Source of the DNA: Hyphochytrium catenoides
Taxonomy: Eukaryota > Protista > Hyphochytriomycota
DNA: 64,000 nucleotides
Assembly (NCBI GenBank): GCA_900088475.1
Contig: FLMG01000137.1
Location: forward strand, 1 to 64,000
Direction of reading: 5' to 3'
In this document: positions 48,690 to 58,934 of the stretch, piece by piece
Numbering within the stretch: position 1 is the stretch's first letter
Layout of the letters: every line of letters begins with the position of its first letter
Translations under genes and position numbers: made by a program
The notes under the pieces: generated by a model
Told to the model about the DNA's origin: nothing
What the model saw: only the letters and a program-made list of their open reading frames with translations
The model's database searches: none

Positions 48690-50640
48690 AAGTGGGGGAG
48701 AGAGATCCTCTCAGCTGAGTGATCCTGTGTGATTGAATATACTTCCTTGTAGTTCTGAAGACCTCATTGGACTCAGCTGTAGAGTCTCTGAGCCCATTCT
48801 TCCTTTATAGAGCTTTTGTCTTCTGATAGAGCTCAACAGCTCTGAGCTTGTCTTCCTCTGAGACTCTATTCTTGCTTTGAGGTTATGGGCACATTGCATA
48901 GCCAGACGATTCTCAATCTTGTCCCAGATTCTGTTTCTCTGCTTTACCTTTTCTTCTCACTCTGACTTACGCTGACTTACGTTTGTCTCCTCTCCTATTT
49001 GTGGTAGTGTCTTCATCATTATGTCTAGTGGTCATTATGTCTAGTGGTACCGCGACTACTGCTACCGGGACTTCCACCACCACGACTGCTAGTAGTGTTA
49101 CTACTTCTAGTGGCAGTCGTGAACGTTTTGACGATGCTGCGCAGCAGCAGAAGTCCAGAACTGGACTCATGCAGATACCGCTTGAGTTCTTTAGACTATC
49201 GCCAGATGTCTTCACTCCTGGTGTGACGGACTTTCACCTCTGGCGGAAGACCTTTTGGGCGGTTCTGGAGTCTTGTGGACTCACTGAGGTCCTTGAAAGA
49301 CGTCGTCAACCAACTTCAAGTGAGATCACGATCATCGACTGGTATCTTGCCAAGTCGCTGGCACACAAGGGTAGTAGGAGTGAAGACACCTGGCGATAGT
49401 CTAAAGAATTCGAGCGGTATCTGCATGAGTTAGTCCAGTGGCGGAAGACCTTTTGGGCTGTTCTGGAGTCTTATGGACTCACTGAGCTCCTTGAAGGACG
49501 TCGTCAACCAACATCAAGTGAGATTACGATGATCGACTGGTATCTTGCCAAGTCGCTGGCACCAAGTGCTATGGCTGCACTGGGTGACTACGATCGAACG
49601 ACTCCTGCATCGACTTCGACAAGGTTCGTTGCTCAGAACACCCGGACCGATACCAACGCTACGATGCTCAAGCTTGAGCAACTCACTGGCCTTGTCTATC
49701 AGTCAGGGACGCCCTTGGATAATCACATCCGTCGACTTAGGCCCTACTTATGGAGCTGGCAAGAGGCAACTTCGCTGTCCCGACTTTCTACCATTGCCCA
49801 CTGTTGCTGATCAGCATCCGTAAACCCACAATGTGTGGTTCATTTGGGTGCTGTCTCGCTGGGTAATGGGTTGAGCTGGAATGATGCCGTAGACACCATT
49901 CGAGGGCGGTGCAGCGAGCTGACGCTGAGGTGCTTTCCCGGGTTAGACCGGGTCAGTTTTCTTCTACCTTAAACTCGACTGGCGCCACCACCTCGCTTGC
50001 CTTTCCTCGTGCCCTGAGGGTTGCTATGACGCACAGAGATGTGGGTTTGTGCTTCAATTGCTGGAACGTGGGCCTTCACGTTCGCCGGACAAACAACAGT
50101 TGGCAAGGAACATCTATTCGCCAGTGCACCCTCCCGGCAGACAGTGTGGATTGCCCAACTCTCAGGGTGGTGAGTCTTTACCGCCTGCTGCTTGGGTTGT
50201 GAGCGTGCCCAGCCTGAACTCTTTTCCTCCTTCCTGGTCTTCTCGTAGCTCCTCATGACCAGCAGTAGGACTCTATCTTGACGTTGCGCCGAGGACCACT
50301 TCTTACCGGATGATAAGTGCTTTACTCAGATCGAAGCTCTTCCTCCTAGCTCTCCTACTCATGTTGATGGCTGTGATGGTCGTCCAATCCCCATTAAGGG
50401 ACGTGACACTGCTCGCTTATTTTCAGTTTTCCAGTCCTGTGGAACTCCGTGGAGCCTACTATGTCCCTGGACTTCTTCCTGCTAGCCGTCTCGATGATGA
50501 GGGCCTTGAGGTCCGTCGTACCGGTGGTGCACAGCCGGTCATCATGAGATCATGAGTGCCAATGGCTCTGTAGTGCATGCAGTGGGCACAACAGAGCGTG
50601 GACTTCATCATCTGCATTTTGCCTTATTATAGTCCTCGCC
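48690..50640 (+). mobile_element. Degenerate Ty1/copia LTR retrotransposon 5' portion (PBS, gag, zinc knuckle, protease region)
   Basis: GGTTATGGGC PBS-like site at 48881; gag FHLWRKTFWAVLESCGLTEVLE; CFNC..G.H at ~50050; YLD at ~50274; VELRGAYYVPGL..ASRLDDEGLEV; ERGLHHL; many stops and frameshifts; no RT or RNase H seen. Confidence 0.75.
49241..49562 (+). repeat. 124-bp direct repeat pair flanking an inverted 60-bp copy
   Basis: 49241-49364 vs 49439-49562 (7 mismatches counted by eye); 49376-49438 is the reverse complement of 49161-49219. Confidence 0.92.
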
Positions 50641-50804
50641 AATGTTCTAGAGACGACCTCTTCCGCTCTGAGCTTATTGTAAGGGTAGAAAGTAGAAAGG
50701 TTACTATCACATACTCATTTTGATAACTATTTCACTAGTCCTTTTATTGATCTATTCGTGTCATTCTCTTTCTGTTGGTCCTCCCTCTGCCTTCCAGCCA
50801 TCAT

Positions 50805-51095
50805 CATCAGCCACATCATCCCATCGGCCATCAGCCTCATCATCCCATCGGCCATCAGCCTCATCATCCCATCGGCCATCAGCCTCATCATCCCATCGGC
50901 CATCAGCCTCATCACCCCATCGGCCATCAGTCTCATCATCCCATCGGCCATCAGTCTCATCATCCCATCGGCCATCAGCCTCATCATCCCATCAGCCTCA
51001 TCATCCCATCGGCCATCAGCCTCATCATCCCATCAGCCTCATCATCCCATCAGCCTCATCATCCCATCGGCCATCAGCCTCATCATCTCAACGGC
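50805..51095. repeat. 24-bp minisatellite (CATCAGCCTCATCATCCCATCGGC), about 13 units, three truncated to 17 bp
   Basis: Read directly; translates as SASSSHRP / HQPHHPIG repeats. Confidence 0.95.
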
Positions 51096-51571
51096 CATCG
51101 TACTCATCTTCAAGAAACAGACCGCAGCAGCGCCATCATCATCATCAGTGTCCTCCTATCCCGCTTCTTCCTCAGCTGCTACTGCTGCTGCCTACCGGGC
51201 CGCCAGAGCTGTCGATAGTCGTTGGCATCTTCTCATCCCAGCTTCCTCGCTGTCTCTTTCTCCTTCCTTCATTGCCTCTTGCTCTTTCTCTGCCTCTCGC
51301 AGGAGACAGCACCGAACTCTCTCTAGACGCCCCCCTGCACTCGACTTGTATCTGCTGTTCTGACTCAGCACCAGGTGCAAAGGGCCAAGATGCTAACGGC
51401 CCAGTGGTGACGGGCCCGCACTATCCGCGATTGAAGAGCCATTAACATCTTGCTGGCGCTGCAAGACGTCGGCCGTAAGGTCTCCTCTCTCTTGAGTTGC
51501 CCTTCTGTCTTATCTGTGAGCCTTAGAAGAGGTTTAGACCACTACCCGGTACCAACGGTGCAAGGCAAAGT

Positions 51572-54500
51572 ATGGCCGTCTCGCCTCCACCAGCCTTTGA
51601 CAGCGGCACTAGTGCCCTCTCTCGCACTGTTTCCGAGGGTGGGCACGGGACAGTAGAGCTGCTTGGAGATGTCTCGGCCCTAGAAAGACAGTTTGACTTG
51701 AGCTGTTGCGCCAGGCAGATCGCAGCTTATGGTTTTCAAAAGGTCCGTCGCTGATAGAGGCTTGAGAGATGCTCTTCAGATGGGTTGGCTAAACTTCTAT
51801 GATTCTTTAGGTTGCACTGCAATTCCCTGATCCTCTCTTGCCTGTGGCGAGTGAGGTCGTAGAGCTACTGAAGGTAGGATAGGGAGGAACCATCCCTCTT
51901 TTCTCTGAGCTTCAGGGACTAGCTCTCTTCTCTGCATTTCACTGTCATGTTCTGTTTAACAGGTCTCAACGGTCTAACCTTCAGTCTCCCAGTCTCAGGT
52001 GCCTTCCGAGACTTTCTTGTTCATCTTAGGGGACACATCGTACGGTAGCTGCTGTGTAGATGAAGTTGCTGCAGAGGTGATCTCAATCTTCGGGACTTAC
52101 TCCTTTGTTCTCCTCTCTTCTTTCCCCCTCGACCCCCCGTCCTCTCTCTTTCTTCACTCTTTGTCTGTCTGTCTCTCTGTCTCTCTCTCTCTCTCTCTGT
52201 GTCTATATGTCATCTGCATTTGCTACGCTGCCCTTGATCATTCGTCAGATTGCTATTTACCGCTCTAGCCATCGCCCCGTAGCCCTCCCTCTTGATGTCT
52301 TCCCTTTAGCAATTGGCCGTCTAGCAGTCATCTGCACAAAACGACGAAGCAAGGCCATGACCTCACTGACCTTTTTTCTCAGCATCTAAATGCAGATGTC
52401 GTGCTGCACTTCGGGACATCATGTCTCAGGTAAAGGCGAAGTGTACAACTCTATAACGTGCGATCCTACCTTTCCTAACGCGGGTCATCTCTGCCGGCAG
52501 TCTTCCATCTAGGATCCCAACTATTTATTGCTTTGGAAAAGCACCGCTCGATGAACAGCATTGCAAAGCTTCTCTCGAAGAGGTGGAGGCCACCACAGGG
52601 AAGCACATTGTGGTCCTCACAGAGGTCTGTGTAGCTAGCTGTGATCCCTAGGCTGATGGCACAGTGCCGCACTACTTTATATAGAGAAAATAGCGAGTAG
52701 AAACAGGTTGATAGACGGCAAAGAGACACTAAAGGACAGGCTATGGGAGGAAAATAGAGGTGGGAGAAGGACAATCAACATGCCTACATAGACTGTAATG
52801 CCAAAGGCTAAATCTCTTCCGTAGACAGACTACTATCACATGACTGCAGTTTTGAGGTCACTCATGAGCAGCACAAGCTTTACGTTTGGGGACCTGGAGA
52901 GTTTCCATAACGCCGCTGTGCGAATAGGGAGCAAACAAGGCTTAGATGACTCTGGAGAAAGGACAGAAGAAGAGGAGGATCTCGGGGCGGTTGACTCTTA
53001 CACCGTGGGAGGCTTTAATGTGAAGCTACCGCAAGGCCTCACCATGGAGGACGTTGTGCTCTTCTATATTGGGATGCAGGTGCAGCAGCCATGAGGGTTC
53101 TCTAATGTCGTCGTCTTCGTATCCTCCCTCTTCCCATCTTTTAAACTCCTGTATCTGCCTTTCCACTCAATTAGCATTTCGGAAGCCGTCAAACTCTATA
53201 TTCTTTCTTAATCTATGACCCTGTGATGTCTTCGCAGGGCCAGTATCTGAATAATCTGATGCTCAAGTACAATCGCAATGAAGTCTATTCTTATAACCCC
53301 GTAGAGCAGACCTGCCAAAAGGAGAGGCCGGCTGTGAACCAATCACTCATGAAGAGGTAGGGGGCAATGATATCAACTCTCAATAGCGCTCATTATGGAA
53401 ACGAGCCCGCGCAATGGCAGAGTCTCTTCCTCTACCTCCGGCGACTCTCTTTCCCCATTTTTTTAGCTTCGCTAGGTTCTTACAAGCTAATATGGTCCCG
53501 TTATTTCCTCTAGGTTTCACCTCATTCAGAGAGCGAAGGAAGCAGAGATCATTGGCATTTTGGTGGGAACATTGTCTGTGGCTTCCTATCTCGACGTTCT
53601 CAGCTACGTTCAGAAGCTCATCACGCGGTAGAGTGTGCCTCTTCTCCTCCTCGTTACAGCTTCCATTCTGTTCTGCGCTCTTGCTCTATTTTCCTGGATA
53701 GCTTTTGTCCACTTCCTTTAGCTACTCACTCCAGCCTTTCCCTCCTTTATCGCGAGTTTTCTCCTCTATTCTTCGTCCTCTTTTCTGGCGTTTTCCCTTT
53801 AATGCTTCTTTCCTGGTTCCCTTATTTCTGCTTGTGCTTATCGCCCAAGGTACAACCGGAAGTATTACACGTTTATTATCGGAAAAGTTAACGTGGCGAA
53901 GCTGGCGAACTTCGCTGAGGTTGACATCTTTGTGACTATCTCTTGCCCTCTGAACTCTATCATAGACAGCAAGGTACGGCCAAAGATGAAGGCGGATGGA
54001 GAATGGCAACACTAGGACGGGGTAGAAAAGAGATGCAACCTAAGGTGATAGAAGAGAAAGATCTTGCTTGAGAATTCAGAGAGAGAGAGAGAGAGAGAGA
54101 AAGGCCACCTGCAGGAAGAACTAAGACCTGTTTAGGAGCTATACAAGCCAATTATCACGCCCTTCGAGCTGGAGCTGGCTCTGGAGGCGCGCGAGTGGAC
54201 TGGAGACTATAGCACAGACTTCCAGGATCTTTACCGAGGTTCCCAGCGCGCAGAAGAGGGACAAGCAAACGAAGACGGAGAAGGAGGAGGAGACATAGAA
54301 GACGACGATGCGCCAATTTTCTCTCTTATCAGCGGGAAGTACGTGCCACGCCCTAAGAGAGCTCAAGGGGATTTGGTTAGTTCAGAAGGATTAGATGCAA
54401 CTGGCACGGCTCTCGTCGCTCGAAACACTCAAACAGACATCATCGCCTTCTCTAGTGCCGCAGGTGAGGAGAGCTTGACTTTCTTTCTCTTTACCCAGAT

Positions 54501-54851
54501 TGTCTGTAGGCCTAAGAACCTCCGCTCGATCGACTCATGAGAACCCACATTTACTTCTTCCGTTCTGTTTGCTTGCTCTTTCTCCCATTCTGTACGTGAC
54601 CTACCATTCTAAGGTCCTTTTACTCTTTCTACCCTTGCCTCTATCGCTCACACTGCCTTAAGTCCACAATCTCTCTGCTGTTCCTGGTGACTTTGTTCCT
54701 AACATTGGTCATCACCGCCTCTTTTTCATCAGGCGACTTCCTGCAGCAGCGAGAGTATCAAGGGCTGGATGTGAATCTTGAGCGAGAAGTGCACGCTGCT
54801 ATGGAAGGCCAGCATGGGATCGCTAAAGAATATGACCGTTTTGATTCGTGA
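51572..54851 (+). CDS. DPH2: Diphthamide biosynthesis protein 2 (multi-exon)
   Basis: [27 protein letters not shown]|HLNAD, CLS|[48 protein letters not shown]2-type C-terminus [18 protein letters not shown]; stop TGA at 54849-54851. Confidence 0.93.
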
Positions 54852-55012
54852 TATCTATATACCTTCTGAATATTATTTAGAACATGTCGTTGTCCGTTTC
54901 AGATTTTTTTGTTGTGTTTTGTTCTTCCCTTCAACTCGCTCTCTTCCTTCCTTTCAATCCATCTTCTCTCCCTCCTCTCTCTCTCTCTCTCTCTCTCTCT
55001 TCCTCTTTCTCT

Positions 55013-55055
<43 letters not shown>

Positions 55056-55937
55056 TCTCTTTTTCTCCTCGCCCTCTCTCTCTTTGCGTTGTCTCTTCTC
55101 TCTCTCTCTACCTCTCTCTGTTTTGTCTGACATCGCTCCTCCTCTTCTCCTCGTTTCACTGGGTCCTATGGCTCCTTCTACGTTGTTATGCGCTGTGTCC
55201 ATTTTTGCTCCATCCCTTTCCGTCTGTCTCTCTTTCTCTTCCTTGTCTCGCTGGGTGGATCTCTCTCTCTTTTCTGTCTCTCATTGGTCTTGCTCGTCCT
55301 CATATCTCTAGGCTTCTCGTCCTGGTTCCTTTCTCCTTATCCTAGTCTCTATTCTCAGCTTTGACCCGTTCTCCTTCCTTTCCTCCCATCACTCCGTCAA
55401 TAAACAATAAGTCACAGGCTATGCTTCAGCCAGAACTTACTCCCACCTTCTCTCTTCCCCTCCCTCTCTCTCCTCTCCTCTCCGTTTCCTCTTCTCATCT
55501 TCCTTTGTAAGGATATCTCTTCTCTCTCTCTCTCTCTCTCTTTCCCTTATATTTCTGTCTCTCTCTCCCCCACGCGCGCTCCTCCGGTCCTCCTCTGTCT
55601 TACTGGACCGGACGACTTCATGGCAGAGCGCTTCTTCTTCCCTTTTCTTTTTATAAACCTTCATGTGCCTCAAGTGCAGCATTGGCACTGACCTACGGAG
55701 CGACTAGAACAGAGACAACAGAACGCTTCTTCTGAGAGACCAGACCCTTCGTTCTTCTTCCTCTTTCCCTTCTCTTTCCTCCACCCTTACTCTCTCTCTC
55801 TCTCTTCCTTCATCATAGTTAAAATGGGACGGAAAAGATCTCGATAGATCTCTTCACTCTCACTCAAACCAGAGCTTTGGCGTAGCAGGAACTCAAAAGA
55901 GAAAAGAGAGAGAGAGGAGAAGTGGAAGCGTGTAGTC

Positions 55938-58877
55938 ATGAACAGGAAGTGCCCATTCTACGTCTATGGGAGTGCCTTCAACGTGGACTCGCGGTACAGC
56001 CTCATCAATCCCCTTGGCCGCGGCTCCTATGGGATCGTCTGGTAAGAAGAGATCTGAAAGAGTCCCTACCGTGTGTGTGCGGGCGAGAGGGAGAGAGAGA
56101 AAGAGGGGAGAGAGAGAGGGAGAGAGAGAGAGAGAGAGAAAAAAAGAAGAGAGAGAGACACACAAGAAGAGAACTTTTACGAGAAGTTCGACTTGGAGTT
56201 GAGAAGCAGTCTTAACTGTTTCTGTTCTACTTTTTCTCTGTATGTCTCTCTGTGTCTCTCTCTCTCCCTTCTCCTCATTCTTTCCTGCCCCTATTCCTTC
56301 CTTCCCTTTCTCTGTAAATTCCCATACTCTCTCTCTCTCTCTCTCGCCCTCAATCTCTCGCCATAATAGCTCTGCCGATGACAAGAACAGCGGTCGGCGG
56401 GTTGCCATCAAGAAGATCACACCAATGGCCAAAGACATCACAGACGCTAAGCACACGCTGCGAGAGATCCGAATTATTCGTTATCTCTCATGCCATCCCA
56501 ATGTAAGGGAAGAGAGAGGCGAGACGGAGAAAGGGGAAGAGAGAGAGAGAGAAAAAGAGAATAGCACAGAGAGAGAGCGAGAGGAAATGCCTTAAAAGAT
56601 GATGGAAAGACTTCGTCACAAGCAGAAAAGAGCGAATGAGAGAGAGAGAGCCGAAGAATATTCAGGAACGGAGACATTATATTCAATTTCCTAACCCTTG
56701 TTTTCTCTCTCTGGCTCTGCCTCTCGTTCTCTATGTCTGCTTCAATCTTCTCTGCGCGTTCTCCCTCTCTTTCTCATTTTACTCTCTATCACTCCTCTGT
56801 CTCTCTCCTTTCTCTCTCTTTCTCTCTCTCAATGTGCAGATTATCAAGCTTGAGGATCTGCATGTGAACACGAAGGATGACGAGCTCTACATCATGATGG
56901 AGCTCATGGACACCGATCTCCACAGGATCATACAGAGCTCTCAGGTAACCCACTATATGTACATGTCCTGACTCACAGAGCGTGCCTCTTCCTCTCTCTT
57001 CCTCTTTTTCTCTCTTCTCTCCCGATGTCTCCTCCAGTTTCTCTCTTGGGTTAGCTTTTTTCCATTCTCTTCCTTGTTCTTTCTATTTCGCTCTGTATAT
57101 CACTATCTCGGGGTGTCGTCTCGCCAACTTCCCCCCCAATCTCTCTCGCTCTGTCTCTCCCTCTGTGTATTTGTTCACTCTTCTCTCTCTCTCCTCTCTC
57201 TCTCCCTCTCTATCTATCTATCTCTATATATCTCTATCTATCTCTCTATCTCTCTCTCGCTCTCTCGCTCTCTCTCGCTCTCGCTCTCTCTCTCTTTCTT
57301 TTTTTCTTTCTCTCTCTCTCTCTTTTTCTCTCTCTTTCTCTCCAATTTACCCCTACCTTCCCCGATCGCAGCCCCTGTCGGACGCACACTTCAAATATTT
57401 CCTGCACCAGCTGCTGCACGGCGTTAAGTTCCTGCATGCGAACGGAATCCTTCACCGCGATCTTAAGCCTGGGAACATCTTAGTCACAAAGAACTGTGAC
57501 CTCAGGGTAAACAATAAGCGCGTTATGTCTCCTCTTCCTGTTCCTCTCTCTTAATTCTATCAGTCTCTTTCAATCTTTCTCCCTCTCGCCCTCCCTCTCC
57601 GTCCCTTCGTGTCTCTCTCTCTCTCTCTCTCCTTTCTCTCTCTCTCTCGCTCTCTCTAACATCCTCTCCTCTTGCTCTTCTTACTTCCTTTCCAGATCAC
57701 AGACTTTGGCCTAGCGCGGAAGTCAACGACGAGCATTTCCTTTGCCGAGGCGTCGCAGCGCCGCGGGCGCCCGCCGCCGATGACGGAGCACGTAGTGACG
57801 CGCTGGTATCGGCCTCCAGAGCTGATGTTGCAGCCGGACGGACTCTACTCTGGAGCCGTCGATATGTGGTCGGTCGGGTGCATCTTCGCGGAGGTGAGAG
57901 AAGGAAAGAGGAAGATGGGAAGAGAGAAAGGAAGTGGCAGAGTAGTCGGAGCAAATAGAGAAAAAAGACAAAGAGCGAGAGGAAGTAGGCAATAAAAGGA
58001 GAGAGAGTAGAGAGAGCAGAGAGCAGGGAGAGCAGGGGCCGCAGAGAGTAGAGGGCAGAGAGAGAGAGAGTTATGCAGGTCCGTAAGGTTCTCAGTATCG
58101 GGCACTTGCTGGTCTCATTGTCTCCCTCTTGCTCGGCCTCCTTGCGTCCGTCTTGGTCGTTCCTTTCCCTTTGTCTCCTTCCTTTGTCTCTCCCCCATCT
58201 CTCTCTCTCTCTTCTTTATCAATAGATGCTGGGCCGTCAGCCGCTGTTTCCTGGGAAGAACTTCATTCACCAGCTGACTCTCATCTTCGACGTGCTGGGA
58301 TCTCCCTCTCCCTCTGAGATCTCTTATATCAAGAGTCCACAGGCCAAGAAGTTCCTCGCGTCCATCGCATCCAAGAAGAAAGTCTCTTTCTCCAAGCTCT
58401 TTGCAGCTGCTAGGTCAAACGTCATACAATGACTAATNNNNNNNNNNNNNNNNNNNNNNNNNNNNNNNNNNNNNNNNNNNTCGCTTCCCCTCCCGCCTCT
58501 CCCGTTTGTCTCTCTCTCTTTCTTTTTGTGTTTCTTTCTCTCATTGTTCGGTTTGTCCTTTCTTTCTCGTTTGTTCTGGTCTTGCCGTAGCTCATCCGCT
58601 TATCTTTTTCCCTACTCACCTGCAACATTTCTCCTGGTTCTCTCTCTCAACGTTGTGTTCCCTCTCTCTTCTCCTCTATCACAGTCCTGAGGCGCTGGAC
58701 CTCCTCGAGCGCATGCTCGTGTTCGACCCTTCACATCGTTGCACCGTCCAGGAGGCACTGGCCCATCCTTACCTCGCCTCACTGGAGCAGAAGTACACTA
58801 AAACTGATCCTGAGGTGCTCTCTCTCTTTCTCTCTCCGCGTCTCTCTCTCTCGCTCTCTCTCTCGCTCTCTCTCTCG

Positions 58878-58934
<57 letters not shown>

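Noticed and set aside
50805-51095. CRISPR-like array or His-rich protein
   Set aside because: Units are contiguous with no unique spacers, the context is eukaryotic, and the ORFs in several frames are by-products of a stop-free repeat.
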